Shown in pieces: positions 35,847-46,720 of a stretch of 64,000 bases of DNA. Within the stretch, counting starts at the first letter, position 1; every line of letters starts with the position of its first letter. The notes under the pieces were generated by a model. The model had not been told where the DNA came from. It ran no database searches and saw nothing but the letters and a program-made list of their open reading frames with translations. The stretch is taken from the IMG/VR virus record IMGVR_UViG_3300014596_000012, positions 2,713 to 66,712 of that record, one strand, 5' to 3'. The translations under genes were made by a program, and so were the position numbers. Source of the DNA: a virus (taxonomy: Duplodnaviria > Caudoviricetes).

Positions 35847-38396
35847 ATGCACGAACCCAAGCCATATGGATTAGCCGTATATGGAAATGAATTAACCGAT
35901 GATGATCGTAATTTTATTGATGCATGTTGCCAAAAACTAACAAATTTTAAGATGGTTAGCCAGCTTGATTCGCTTAAATACACACGTAATTTACCAGATG
36001 GTGGTTTTGTTGTAGTCCAGGATGCCGGTGGCGTATTTCGCGCTATCGCTTTTAAGCCTGATACAACAGGTGAAGTACAGGCGTTTAACGGCTATGTAAA
36101 AGCTCATGTACCGATGCTTTTTTCCGGAGTGATCGATAGTGGCTTGGATACCAGTTTGGGTTTAGAGGTAGCTTTAACGCAGATGACCGAGCGACGGATG
36201 GGGCAATATATTTCTACTCTTGGAGCCAGTCACTTAAAACGTCTAAGTGTGACCTATAGCCCTGCTATGAAAGTCTTGATGATGCCGCAAGCGATTCAAG
36301 GCTTTCCAGGTGCGGAAGTATTCACTCAATATCACCGGTTAAAATCTACCTGGTATTCAGGTGCTATGGCTGAAGTTGTCCAGATAGTCAGTGGTTTTGG
36401 TCGCCAAGATTTTGAAAAGCTACCTGATACACTGGTTGAGCGTGTACAAATGATTTTGCCAGAAAAGGTAAGACAGAAAATCGAAAGTGAAATGGGAGAA
36501 AAAACACTTTTACCAGGTTATAGCGGTATGCCGGATGTTGATGGCAGTATCCAATATAGCTTCATGTTTAATAACACACACTTGGTCAGCTTTGATATTC
36601 AAGGATCACCCTGGTTGATTCAGGTGCTAGCGTCTGGTGTTTGGGCTATGCCTTTACCTATGATTCCAGCCACCACAACCATTGCTTTCAGAGAATACAT
36701 ACAAGATGTTGGTGATTCTGAAATTGAAAAAATACTCACTCGCTTCGGTGGGATTCCAAGTGGTGAAAACTTTCCACAAGGTGCTGATTTTTATCGATGG
36801 GTTCGTGCTGGTGTGATTATTCGTGTCTGTGATACAGGTGACTACTATGCTCGTTCACCGTACACCAGTGCTTGCGGCTGGAGCAGCAATTTAAATGGCA
36901 CCAATCTAATTAATACATGTTATGACTATGTGGATGATCGCTGTTATGGCTATACCTACCAGATTGCCTTGGCCTTGGAAAGTGCTAAAGACAAAGGATG
37001 GTTAAAGTCAAAAAATACTGAGAGCCTGACAGTCGAGCAATCCAGACGATTGAGTCAGTATCTTGGTGCACTATTCGTTGAACTGGATCAGCATGAAGAT
37101 ATGAAACATAGCATCTTCTATAAGATTCGTCGGATTGATCCAGTAGAAATACTGGCTCGTGCCGCAAATGATGGTGCTAAGGATGTTGAATATTGGGATA
37201 GCTACGAATGCACACCAATTGCCAGTCATACCGGGAGGTGCAGCATTACTAATGAAGGTCCTCTATACGGTGGCTTAAAATTAAAACTTCCCGAGCCGAT
37301 ATTTGAAGGCTGTATCAGTATGGACTTTTCACCGCGCAGGGGTGGGCAAAACTCAGATCGTGTCGATACGATTGCCTTTGCTTATTACATCGGGGATGAC
37401 CTGAAAGTAATCAAAAGTTTCCGTGATGCTCGAAAGTCTTACAAAACGGTGCAAGGGAATTTTGACGAGATTATGGTGGTTGGTAGTTGGGAGCAAATAG
37501 AGTACCAAGGATTGACTGGGCTTGCTGGTGAACTATATTCAACAGACTTTGATCACCGACAAGAAATAGCACCCACTGAAATTACTACAAAAATTGAAGG
37601 TCGCGACTTGGGTTATGGTCAACCATTAGCGAATTTTTCATTCTATTTCTGGACAGATGGCAGACTGACACGCACTCGCTACTATTCTCACCATACTCAA
37701 ACACAGCATGTATCTGGTCGTTCTATCAATGAAGCGTTCTTAATTCCTTTCTTTTCACGCAACAGTGCTATTTATGTAGAACGTGAATCTATCCCAGGAA
37801 CACGCAACGAGATCAAAATGGAAAGGCTAAGTGTTCGAGATCCTAACAGTTATGAATTTTGGACCTATGATGCAAGTTGGCACAGCTTTGATAATGGTCT
37901 GAAAAAAACCGGCAAGCCATTTCCGGTAGACAGTGTGCCGGTGTGGGCTGAAACGCATCAAGTCGACCGCAGTGATCCGCGTAGTGACTTTGCTGATGAA
38001 GGTGACTGGATTGGTGGTTTACCTGCAGACATTACACACCTTGTTCATCCTCCCGGGGGAATCAACTTAATTAGTTACGGTGGAGCCGCACCACCGTTTG
38101 AAACCTATCAAGAAACTACAGGAACACCGGCTTCTAAAAAAAATGCAATGCACCTTTCCCTGATGGATCGACCAATGAAACTGCATGAACTGCCACACGA
38201 CGACTGGTTTTATAGTCGCTCACCTGACAGCTTCAATAATGTGTTTTATGTCGATATGTGTAAGGTTGTTTTTGGTGAGGTGGATTATGGCAATATTTCC
38301 ATAGACAACGAAGCCGGTAAACGTTACCGATTTGGATATAGTCGCTTGGCTAATAATGATCATGCGCATACCTTTATTGGTGTGATTAACGAATAG
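35847..38396 (+). CDS. Large virion/tail protein
   Basis: 849 aa in structural operon. Confidence 0.6.
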   Translation: MHEPKPYGLAVYGNELTDDDRNFIDACCQKLTNFKMVSQLDSLKYTRNLPDGGFVVVQDAGGVFRAIAFKPDTTGEVQAFNGYVKAHVPMLFSGVIDSGLDTSLGLEVALTQMTERRMGQYISTLGASHLKRLSVTYSPAMKVLMMPQAIQGFPGAEVFTQYHRLKSTWYSGAMAEVVQIVSGFGRQDFEKLPDTLVERVQMILPEKVRQKIESEMGEKTLLPGYSGMPDVDGSIQYSFMFNNTHLVSFDIQGSPWLIQVLASGVWAMPLPMIPATTTIAFREYIQDVGDSEIEKILTRFGGIPSGENFPQGADFYRWVRAGVIIRVCDTGDYYARSPYTSACGWSSNLNGTNLINTCYDYVDDRCYGYTYQIALALESAKDKGWLKSKNTESLTVEQSRRLSQYLGALFVELDQHEDMKHSIFYKIRRIDPVEILARAANDGAKDVEYWDSYECTPIASHTGRCSITNEGPLYGGLKLKLPEPIFEGCISMDFSPRRGGQNSDRVDTIAFAYYIGDDLKVIKSFRDARKSYKTVQGNFDEIMVVGSWEQIEYQGLTGLAGELYSTDFDHRQEIAPTEITTKIEGRDLGYGQPLANFSFYFWTDGRLTRTRYYSHHTQTQHVSGRSINEAFLIPFFSRNSAIYVERESIPGTRNEIKMERLSVRDPNSYEFWTYDASWHSFDNGLKKTGKPFPVDSVPVWAETHQVDRSDPRSDFADEGDWIGGLPADITHLVHPPGGINLISYGGAAPPFETYQETTGTPASKKNAMHLSLMDRPMKLHELPHDDWFYSRSPDSFNNVFYVDMCKVVFGEVDYGNISIDNEAGKRYRFGYSRLANNDHAHTFIGVINE

Positions 38397-38403
38397 GTGC
38401 ACA

Positions 38404-39594
38404 ATGGCTGTCAAAAAAATACCAGCATTCCTTGGAATCAATAACGTTAAAGAAGATGCTTCACTTGAAATCAAGGGTGATTCACCAGGATTGTTTGTGC
38501 GTGATGCAGTGAATATCAATTTCACCGATTCGGGTCGAGCGGAACTAGCGCAAGCAATGCAGCTGCAAAGCAGCAAGGCCATCCGTGATTTGTGGCAGTC
38601 ACCTTTACACAAGGAATGCTTTGCAGCACTAGATAATCAGTGGGTTAAGGTTAATCCTGATACCTGGGATACCGAGCCTTTAATTGAATGTGGTGCCGGA
38701 CCTTTATTCCATATCGTGCTGAACAACCTGGTATGTATGGCCTGTGATAATGGCCTTTTCACCTATGATGGCCAGAATGCTAAACGCCTGACCATTGATA
38801 CACCAGCCAGACCACAAGCCAATGTGAAATCTGGCTATAGCCTAGATCAAGGTGATTATAGTTTCGCGATTTCTTGGTTGGCCAATGGGCTTGAATCCGC
38901 CTTATCAGAAATTGAGAAGGTGCAGCTATCGGATAAAAACGGTGTGCAACTGCAATTGCCGATGTGCCTGGATAGCAATGTAACGCATGTGCGGATCTAT
39001 ATGACCGATCCTGGTGGTGGCGAATTACGTCAGGCATTTGAATTGCCGGTTGACACCATGAGTGTTGATATTCCAGCTTTACCTGAATTGGGCCGGGCTG
39101 CGACTTTCCAGTATCTATCTCCAATGAAAAGCGGTGATTTTCTGCGCTTATGGCGTGGTCGTTTATGGGTGGCCAGATCCAATGTATTGTATTTTTCCGA
39201 AGCTATGGCATACCACTTGACCGATGAGCGTTACAACTTTATCCAGTTTCCACAGCGAATCCGTTTTATTGAGCCGGTGGATGGTGGTATCTGGGTGGGT
39301 CAGGCTGACCATGTGGTCTTTGTCCGTGGTCAGGACGTGCGTAACATGGCGATAGAGCAAAAGGCCTCACGTGCACCAGTCTATGCAAGCAGTGCCTTGC
39401 TGCATAGTGATATGATCAAGTCGCTTTCTCAGGGTGGTACATGGTGCGCGGTGTGGCTGGCTGAGAATGGTTTTGTAGTAGGGACAGCAGATGGGCAGTT
39501 AGTTGAACTGCAGTCTGAATCAATCAAAGGGATTAGTGCGCAATCCTCTCAGCTTGTAGGGTTCGCTGATCGATTAGTGGCAGTTGTAAATTAG
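38404..39594 (+). CDS. Tail (nozzle/stabiliser-like) protein
   Basis: 396 aa, FLGINNV start, beta-propeller-like. Confidence 0.55.
   Translation: MAVKKIPAFLGINNVKEDASLEIKGDSPGLFVRDAVNINFTDSGRAELAQAMQLQSSKAIRDLWQSPLHKECFAALDNQWVKVNPDTWDTEPLIECGAGPLFHIVLNNLVCMACDNGLFTYDGQNAKRLTIDTPARPQANVKSGYSLDQGDYSFAISWLANGLESALSEIEKVQLSDKNGVQLQLPMCLDSNVTHVRIYMTDPGGGELRQAFELPVDTMSVDIPALPELGRAATFQYLSPMKSGDFLRLWRGRLWVARSNVLYFSEAMAYHLTDERYNFIQFPQRIRFIEPVDGGIWVGQADHVVFVRGQDVRNMAIEQKASRAPVYASSALLHSDMIKSLSQGGTWCAVWLAENGFVVGTADGQLVELQSESIKGISAQSSQLVGFADRLVAVVN
39556..39592 (+). promoter_or_regulatory. Late-promoter motif GTAGGGTTCG-N21-TAAATT
   Basis: Inside the 3' end of the upstream gene, before 39622. Confidence 0.6.
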
Positions 39595-39621
39595 GTTCTA
39601 TTTACAATATAGGCCATAACT

Positions 39622-40206
39622 ATGGATGCAAAACTACAGCGCGTTTTAATGAAAGACGCACTCAATGAGAATTTCGACGAAACTGACGAAGGTATCTTCT
39701 TCCCGAAACATGGCTTCATGCTTTCGGGTGAATATATGGATCGCGTCAATGGTGGTGAAGCAACCTTCACCAAGAATTTAATCCCGAAAGAAGCACTGAT
39801 TCACGTTTTAAACGTGGCCATTGGTTCTAAAGCAAAACCGGCAGGATCTTACCTGGCATTGTTTAACGGCGCGACTGCACCTGCAGATAACTGGACCGCA
39901 GCCAACTTTGCTGCAACAGCCGGTGAAATCGTTTCACTGACTGAAGGTTATACCAACGCAACACGTCCTCAATTTATCCCTTCGGACTCAACCGATCAAA
40001 AATATATCGATAACTTTGGCAGCGTGGCCAGCGTGACTATTGCCACCACTTCACAGGTCAATGTGACTGGTGTGGCGTTGCTGACTAACAGCCAGCGTGG
40101 CGGTACAACCGGTGTGCTTCTTTCAGCCACCAAGTACCCGGCAGCGCGTGTATTCCAGAACGGTGATGTGTTTGAAATCGGTTATCGCATTACTGCCACA
40201 TCATAA
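39622..40206 (+). CDS. Virion structural protein
   Basis: 194 aa Ala/Thr/Gly-rich. Confidence 0.65.
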   Translation: MDAKLQRVLMKDALNENFDETDEGIFFPKHGFMLSGEYMDRVNGGEATFTKNLIPKEALIHVLNVAIGSKAKPAGSYLALFNGATAPADNWTAANFAATAGEIVSLTEGYTNATRPQFIPSDSTDQKYIDNFGSVASVTIATTSQVNVTGVALLTNSQRGGTTGVLLSATKYPAARVFQNGDVFEIGYRITATS

Positions 40207-40255
40207 GACCTAAAGCACTGGTGTATTGCCATCAGTGCTTGTTATGGAGCATAGC

Positions 40256-41416
40256 ATGGCAATATATCGTGATGATGCACTCGACAGCCTGTACCTTTCC
40301 GATTCCACCTGGGCGTGGATGAAAGCAATAGCCGAAGACCAGGTTGTTTTTTCAGATTCTAATCTTTCCAGGATCAAGGCTCATCTTGAAGATTCCTTTA
40401 GTCTGGCCGATGAAATCACGCAGACCGGTGCGATTTCTACCGCTGTAGATGGCTTTAATCTATCCGACCAGATCACAGGTCAGCGTATTGTGCGCAGTCT
40501 GCTATCCGACCAGGTGAACCTGTTTGATACAGCCTATCGTTTTACTGCAGAGAATATCGAAGATCAGTTCACCCTAGATGATTTTACGCGCTCAACTACA
40601 TTGGCATTAAGCACCGATTCCATTCATTTTGTGGAATCTATTTCTGGTCAGCGTTATGCAAGAATCCTAAGCAATGATCAGTTCAAATTAACAGACCTGG
40701 CCAATACGGTTGCAGCTGAACAGGTCATTGATAGCATTCTTTTGGGTGACTTCACCCAGGACAAACTACGCGCACAAAGCTATTTAATCGATTCCATCAG
40801 CTTTGGTGATCAGGATTTCTCTAGTGTACAGCTGTACAGTCATGCGATTGATACACTAAGACTTGGAGAAAGTACACAATCCAAGCTAACTGGTCGAACA
40901 GACAGTAATGATTACTTCTCGATTTATGATGAATTAAAAGACAGCAAAGTATATGGCCAAGCTTGGACTGCAAATACTAATACTTGGGCCATGAGCCGCT
41001 ACATGCCGTACAACTTTGATGGTCTATCCGTGATTAATGGAAAACTATACGGCTGGAATGATCAGGGTGTATATCTGATGGATCAGGCAAGCCACTTAAT
41101 TCATGGCTTGATCGAAACTGGCAAGTTAGATTTTGGTGATAGCCTGGTACATCCTACAGCAGCTTATCTTGAATATGAAATGAGTGGTCAGGGCAAGCAG
41201 TTAAGCATTGCTGTCACCTCTACCCAAAGCGGAAATCCTGCAACCTATAGCTATATGCTGCCGAATGAACAAGCTGATCACCTGACCAATGGCCGGGTAC
41301 TGTTTGGTCGTGGGCTACGAGGTCGTCATTTCTCCTTTACTATTTCCATTGTTGCAACTTCTGCAAAAATTAATGCTCTGTCTATGGACTTCACCAAGAC
41401 CACCAGGAGAATATAA
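40256..41416 (+). CDS. Virion structural protein with D-x5-D repeats
   Basis: GGAG RBS, repeated DSFSLAD-like units. Confidence 0.6.
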   Translation: MAIYRDDALDSLYLSDSTWAWMKAIAEDQVVFSDSNLSRIKAHLEDSFSLADEITQTGAISTAVDGFNLSDQITGQRIVRSLLSDQVNLFDTAYRFTAENIEDQFTLDDFTRSTTLALSTDSIHFVESISGQRYARILSNDQFKLTDLANTVAAEQVIDSILLGDFTQDKLRAQSYLIDSISFGDQDFSSVQLYSHAIDTLRLGESTQSKLTGRTDSNDYFSIYDELKDSKVYGQAWTANTNTWAMSRYMPYNFDGLSVINGKLYGWNDQGVYLMDQASHLIHGLIETGKLDFGDSLVHPTAAYLEYEMSGQGKQLSIAVTSTQSGNPATYSYMLPNEQADHLTNGRVLFGRGLRGRHFSFTISIVATSAKINALSMDFTKTTRRI

Positions 41417-43326
41417 TGAGTACCACTTCAAGTGTAGAACCTGATGGCGTGATGGATGCAGCCATTACTACAGTAATGGATCAGATGGATAAGCTGGACA
41501 GTGTGGCCGGACGCTATCGCAATGAGCTTTCTCAATCCTTGGCCGGGATCAAAGAGGTCACTGTCACTCAGGTAGATCCGCCGACGCGAATGCCAGTACC
41601 AGAAACACCAGTGCCGAATATTGACCTAACGGGTGCTCCCCAATTTACAGCCATTGCACTCGAAAAACCTGCATTGCCCGAGTTTCAAAGCATTGAAAAT
41701 TTACTCAGTGAATTAAATTTAGATGACTTGCAAATGCCGGAAGCACCGGTCATGCCAACCATGGAGCTGCCAAGTGCACCAGGTATGGCGGCAATCCAGG
41801 TGCCTGCACGACCAGATATCAACACAGATATTCAATTGCCTGAAACGCCAACCCTTGAACTCCCGGAAATGGACGAGCTCAAGGAAATTGATATTCCAGT
41901 CTTTGAATTTCCTCAATTGCCAGACTTTGATGGTGAGCCGCCAAGCATCAGTGAAATTACGGTGCCTGACGTTTTTATTGAATGGGATGAGCCAGAATAT
42001 AAATCCGAATTACTGGATGAATTAACGGATTATATTAAGAAGGGAGTTACTGAAGGCGGCACTGGCTTACCAGCACCAATTGAAGAAGCTCTATTTAACC
42101 GGGCACGTTCACGTGAAAGTAAAGAAACATCACGTGCCGTACAGGAAGCGGTAAATGATTGGTCTACTCGTAATTTCTCAATGCCACCTGGCATGTTGGC
42201 CAAGCAAGTAGCGGCGATCCGGGAGCAAGGTCAACTTCGGGCCAGTGAACTCAATCGGGATATTCTGATTGAAGCCTCAAAAATGGAGATCGAGCAGCTG
42301 CGCTTCCTGGTACAACAAGGCATGGCACTTGAGCAGCTCACTGTTAATATCTTTAACAATGTTGCAAACCGTTTGTTTGAAGTTGCACGATATAACGCTG
42401 AAAGCCAAATCAATGTATTCAATGCACAGATTGCTTTCTTTAATGCACAGAATGAAGCATTCAGCGTCTTGTCTGGCGTGTATAAGACTAAGCTTGATGG
42501 CGCATTGGCCAAACTCAGCGCGTACAAAACTGCAGTCGATGCACAGGTGGCGATTGGTCAGGTTAATGAGCAGTACGTGCAGGTCTACAAGGCCAAGATG
42601 GATGCGGTATTGTCCAACGTGGAAGTGTATAAGGCCCTGGTGCAAGGTGCATCAGTACGTGCTGACGTGATCAAGAATCAGTTTGATTCCTATCGTGCCG
42701 ATGTTCAAGCCTATAGCGAACAGATCAATGCCGAAAAGGTCAAGGTCGAAGCCTATGAAGCACAGATCCGGGGTGAATCAACAAAGGCTACGTTATTTGA
42801 TACGCAGGCACGTGCTTATGCGTCCACGATTCAGGGTGTACAGGCAAAAGCCGATGTGAAAGGCAAACAGATCCAGTTAAAAATGGAAGCTGCACGAGTC
42901 TGGATTGGCAAGTATCAGGCAGATCTGGAAGCATACAAGGCAGAACTGCAGGCAAACTTGTCAGAAGTACAGCAAAATACCGCAGCCTTTTCTGCAGAAG
43001 TGGAAGCATGGCGAGCATCAGCTGGCATGGAAGTCAGTCAGGCTGAGATGCAATCACGTTATGCTGACATGAATACTCGGACCAATATTGCTTATGCTGA
43101 AATGCAGCTTAAGGAATATGAAGCCAAGATGCAGAAGGCGATTCAAGAAGCCAATATTGCATTGGAATCCGCGAAGGCAATGGGTCAGTACACCGCACAA
43201 CTGGCAGCCGGTGCCATGAGTGCAGCGCATGTATCCGCCAGTATTAGCGGTAGTGGTTCTGCGAGTACATCAAGCTCACGTAGTAAAAGCGAGAGTTTCA
43301 GCGAAAGCCATAACTACAACTATTAA
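41416..43326 (+). CDS. Coiled-coil virion/ejection protein
   Basis: Pro-rich N-terminus, long alpha-helical C-terminus. Confidence 0.6.
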   Translation: MSTTSSVEPDGVMDAAITTVMDQMDKLDSVAGRYRNELSQSLAGIKEVTVTQVDPPTRMPVPETPVPNIDLTGAPQFTAIALEKPALPEFQSIENLLSELNLDDLQMPEAPVMPTMELPSAPGMAAIQVPARPDINTDIQLPETPTLELPEMDELKEIDIPVFEFPQLPDFDGEPPSISEITVPDVFIEWDEPEYKSELLDELTDYIKKGVTEGGTGLPAPIEEALFNRARSRESKETSRAVQEAVNDWSTRNFSMPPGMLAKQVAAIREQGQLRASELNRDILIEASKMEIEQLRFLVQQGMALEQLTVNIFNNVANRLFEVARYNAESQINVFNAQIAFFNAQNEAFSVLSGVYKTKLDGALAKLSAYKTAVDAQVAIGQVNEQYVQVYKAKMDAVLSNVEVYKALVQGASVRADVIKNQFDSYRADVQAYSEQINAEKVKVEAYEAQIRGESTKATLFDTQARAYASTIQGVQAKADVKGKQIQLKMEAARVWIGKYQADLEAYKAELQANLSEVQQNTAAFSAEVEAWRASAGMEVSQAEMQSRYADMNTRTNIAYAEMQLKEYEAKMQKAIQEANIALESAKAMGQYTAQLAAGAMSAAHVSASISGSGSASTSSSRSKSESFSESHNYNY

Positions 43327-43333
43327 AGCCCTA

Positions 43334-43363
43334 CAGAGCTATTTTTGCATAAAAATAGCTCTG
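43334..43363. terminator. Hairpin between convergent genes
   Basis: 13-bp stem CAGAGCTATTTTT/AAAAATAGCTCTG. Confidence 0.7.
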
Positions 43364-43384
43364 GGTTATAACTCTTTAAATTTC

Positions 43385-44599
43385 TTATATTGCTTCTATT
43401 TCACCAATAGATTCAATTTTAACTGTAGAGTCGACATATAAATCATATAAATGATCATCCAATTCATCTGGCTCACATTTAGCAATCTCAGAAAAATCTA
43501 CATTGCTTGTATCTATCGTAATCGATACGATTCCTGTTACTTTAATATTGATATCACTTTCAGCACGTAGAACATGATCATTCCAGTCTTCTACGGAAAT
43601 ATTTGAAGCAGAGTTTTCACCAGCATAAAATTCTGAATAATAATCATATTTATTGACGAAATAATCGACCAATACTTCCACTTCAAGTTCAAAATTATAA
43701 CCGATCTGATTATCACCATAATGTATAGGATTATTTAAATCAATTTTCACATTATTGCCTTCATGATAAGAGGTTATAGTGGCTTCACCATCCATTTCAT
43801 TCGAAAATGGAATATCATAAATACTCCCATATACAATTTTTTCACCAATTTGAGATTCAAGAAAAGACTCTATTAAACTTGTAGTTGCTTCATATTTTTT
43901 AATAAAATCTACTAAATTTTTGAGTTTGCCGCTAACAATATTTTTACCTGTAATTATATCTAGTTCCGTAGCTGTAATTGTGTCTAGTTCTTCAAGTATT
44001 TCCTGTATTTTTTCTGATTTAATAAAATCTACAATTGTCTTATGGATTTCAATATTAGGCATATCCTTGAACGTATTATATATCTTTGAGTCTTTTGCCA
44101 AAACGGTTAAATTAGTGAGAGTTTCTTTGATTTCTTTTATAGCACTACAGATAAAACTATCTGGTATATCCTCTCTATTTTTCTTGGATGTTAGGGGGGC
44201 TGTTCCATTGAAATATGCATCCCAAGCAGAAAGTACCTGAGTCGTATTTAACTCCCATATATTGCTATCTAAACCATTTACCCAAGCATTAGAAAATCTC
44301 TCAGCATCTGATAAAATTTCATTATCTATTTGCTTAATATCATTTTTCATCTCATTAATTTTTTCATAGAGTTCAGTTGGTTTTTGAACACTGTTGAACT
44401 CTTTTAAGCTTTGCTGTAATGCTTTATATCTTGTTAGGTAAAATTCTTTCTCTTGAGATTCTATTTCTTTTTTAACGATATAAGGAATATGTATAGCGAT
44501 TTCTTTAGCGGCAACGAGCCGCTGTAGTGCTTTATAATTCGCTTCATTAGTAGATTTATTCTGCCCAATTGCACTTGTATCTATAGCTATATGAATCAT
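43385..44599 (-). CDS. PIN-domain protein (DUF4935/PIN_8-like), candidate defence nuclease
   Basis: IAIDTS, KKEIE, DIPDSFI, AKDSKI acidic tetrad; very AT-rich; antisense. Confidence 0.75.
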   Translation of the reverse strand: MIHIAIDTSAIGQNKSTNEANYKALQRLVAAKEIAIHIPYIVKKEIESQEKEFYLTRYKALQQSLKEFNSVQKPTELYEKINEMKNDIKQIDNEILSDAERFSNAWVNGLDSNIWELNTTQVLSAWDAYFNGTAPLTSKKNREDIPDSFICSAIKEIKETLTNLTVLAKDSKIYNTFKDMPNIEIHKTIVDFIKSEKIQEILEELDTITATELDIITGKNIVSGKLKNLVDFIKKYEATTSLIESFLESQIGEKIVYGSIYDIPFSNEMDGEATITSYHEGNNVKIDLNNPIHYGDNQIGYNFELEVEVLVDYFVNKYDYYSEFYAGENSASNISVEDWNDHVLRAESDINIKVTGIVSITIDTSNVDFSEIAKCEPDELDDHLYDLYVDSTVKIESIGEIEAI

Positions 44600-44675
44600 A
44601 AATTTATTTTAAAAATTAAATATGTCGTTATGCTAAAAAAATACTTTAATAAATACAAGCTAAACCTACAGCCCT

Positions 44676-44712
44676 CTAGGGTTCGCCTTAAGTCTTGTCT
44701 GGTAGGTAATCT
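44676..44712 (+). promoter_or_regulatory. Late-promoter motif CTAGGGTTCG-N21-TAATCT
   Basis: Upstream of 44745 gene. Confidence 0.65.
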
Positions 44713-44744
44713 CCTATCAATCAAATAAGATTTAGGGCTTTTTT

Positions 44745-46688
44745 ATGAGCTTCGGTTTAAAAAAAGGGCAGAAAAAGCCCAATCAAGAAGGCGGTAAAAT
44801 TCAGGGACCAGGTACAGGTACGTCTGATGATGTACAAAAGACCGTACCAAGTGGAACTTATATCATGCCGGCAGATTCAACTGCTCAAATTGGTGAACAA
44901 AATTTAGAGCAGCTTGGCCAAGGTAAACCGCTGGATATAAATGTCAGCAATGGCGAGTTTCAGATGACACCAGAGCAGGTGCATGCAGTCGGTGCACAAG
45001 CCTTGGATCAGATGAAAGAGCAGACCCATACACCAAGTGGCTTACCACAAACTATCATGGATCAACCAGGTGAAAAACCAAAGCTATTTTTCCGAGATGG
45101 TGGTCTGGTACAAAACCGTTATCCTTCTGCAGATGAAGTGCGTAAAGCACAACAGGCACGTTTAGGCGGCCCTCAAATGCGGGATGTCACACCGGAGCAA
45201 CGGCAATTACCTGCAACACGTACACCACAACCACAAGCAAGTACACCGAGTACAGCAGCGCCAGCTTCCTCAGGTGGAGGCTTTGGGATAAAAGCTGCGA
45301 ATATGGCCAAAGGTTTAGGTAAATTTCATGTCGCAGGTGCAGGCCTTGGTGGTGCAGCAGCTGGTTTAAATACGTCGACAGAAGATTATGCAACCCGTTT
45401 GGGCCTAGATCCAAAAGCAGATCGTGGACCACTGGCAGAAGCTGCAATTCGTACGACAGGTGTGCTGACCGATGTGGGTAATGCGGCAAGTTTTGGATTG
45501 CTGGGCAGCCGCTTCGCCGACAAACAAATCAATCAAGCCCGGGCCGACGCTGATGCAAATATGGCAGACATTGCCAAACGACGTGCAGAGCGGGATGCAA
45601 CACGTGCAAAAACAGTACCTCAACAGCAAGCTGCTGTAACACCTGCACCATCATTTAGCGACCAGATGAACGATGCCATGTATGGTGCACCTGCAGGCAA
45701 TCAAGCACAACCTGGCACAGCCAATCCGTATGCAATTCAGCAGAGTGGTAACAGTTTTAGCTATGCCAATCCTGGCGCAGCAGCTCAGGCCCGTGCCGCT
45801 GGTATTCCAGAATTACAAGCCAGTGGAATTCGTCGTCAGGCCCGAGATCCAGAAGGCGTTGCGAAATTTATCGCGAATACCCGGGAGATGGGACCAAGTG
45901 AACAGCAGATTCAGGCAGCAATGGGACAGCAGATGAATCCGCAGGGTTTTGGTTTGCGTTACCCAGATCGGCCGAAAATGACAGATGCACAGGTAAATGA
46001 GCGTCGTCAATTGGTACGTGATATCAGTGCCCCAATTAAAGGTGCGCGTGGTATGACCACAAATCAGCGTGCTCAACTGGTTGAATTGAATCAAGGGGAT
46101 CAGAATCGAGCGGTGCAAATGTATAACACTGATGCCAATAATATGACCAGTGTTCAGAACAACAACACCAATAACGCTGCAAGCATCCTGCAAACAGGTA
46201 TGCGCGAAGATGGTCAGAACATGCGTCATGGTGCCAGTCTTGCTCAAGATGGTGAGCAGTTCAATGCCAACTTTGGTTTAAAAGCGCGTGAACAAAACCT
46301 GACTGAGAAGAAGGAAGGTTTTGGTATTCGTCAGGCGGAGCGAGTTGAGAAACTGCATGAAATGTATGATAAAGCTCAGACCGATGAACAGCGTCAATCT
46401 ATTCAGCAGCGTATTAACCGATTAACTGGTGCGAAAGATCAGAATGGCCGTGATCGTTATATGGCAGTTGGTGGGGGTCAGGAATGGGATGAAAATACAA
46501 GAAGCATGATCAATCGTCCACAGCAGATTTTTGATACTCAGTCTCGTCAGTATGTCGATCTTGGTAATCCACAACAGGGACAGGGGCAGCCAGAGCAGCA
46601 GTTTGAAAACTATCAGGTTTATAAAGATGCTAATGGTCGCAGTGCTTATCTTGATCCAAATACTGGTGAATGGATGCCAATCCCTTAA
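44745..46688 (+). CDS. Internal virion/ejection protein
   Basis: GGKIQGPGTGTSDDV motif, Gln/Ala-rich. Confidence 0.65.
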   Translation: MSFGLKKGQKKPNQEGGKIQGPGTGTSDDVQKTVPSGTYIMPADSTAQIGEQNLEQLGQGKPLDINVSNGEFQMTPEQVHAVGAQALDQMKEQTHTPSGLPQTIMDQPGEKPKLFFRDGGLVQNRYPSADEVRKAQQARLGGPQMRDVTPEQRQLPATRTPQPQASTPSTAAPASSGGGFGIKAANMAKGLGKFHVAGAGLGGAAAGLNTSTEDYATRLGLDPKADRGPLAEAAIRTTGVLTDVGNAASFGLLGSRFADKQINQARADADANMADIAKRRAERDATRAKTVPQQQAAVTPAPSFSDQMNDAMYGAPAGNQAQPGTANPYAIQQSGNSFSYANPGAAAQARAAGIPELQASGIRRQARDPEGVAKFIANTREMGPSEQQIQAAMGQQMNPQGFGLRYPDRPKMTDAQVNERRQLVRDISAPIKGARGMTTNQRAQLVELNQGDQNRAVQMYNTDANNMTSVQNNNTNNAASILQTGMREDGQNMRHGASLAQDGEQFNANFGLKAREQNLTEKKEGFGIRQAERVEKLHEMYDKAQTDEQRQSIQQRINRLTGAKDQNGRDRYMAVGGGQEWDENTRSMINRPQQIFDTQSRQYVDLGNPQQGQGQPEQQFENYQVYKDANGRSAYLDPNTGEWMPIP

Positions 46689-46694
46689 ATAATG

Positions 46695-46719
46695 AAGCCA
46701 CCTTAACGGTGGCTTTTTT
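46695..46719. terminator. Intrinsic terminator
   Basis: AAGCCACC/GGTGGCTT plus T-run. Confidence 0.8.
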
Positions 46720-46720
46720 A

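Noticed and set aside
30633-39594. Diversity-generating retroelement or invertible tail segment
   Set aside because: No reverse transcriptase, template/variable repeat pair, invertase or flanking inverted repeats seen
41416-43326. Tape-measure protein
   Set aside because: Helical, but no tail tube or assembly-chaperone frameshift genes nearby; left as a generic virion protein
43330-44671. CCTACAG on both sides of the PIN gene as a target-site duplication
   Set aside because: Only 7 nt, no transposase or terminal repeats; could be chance
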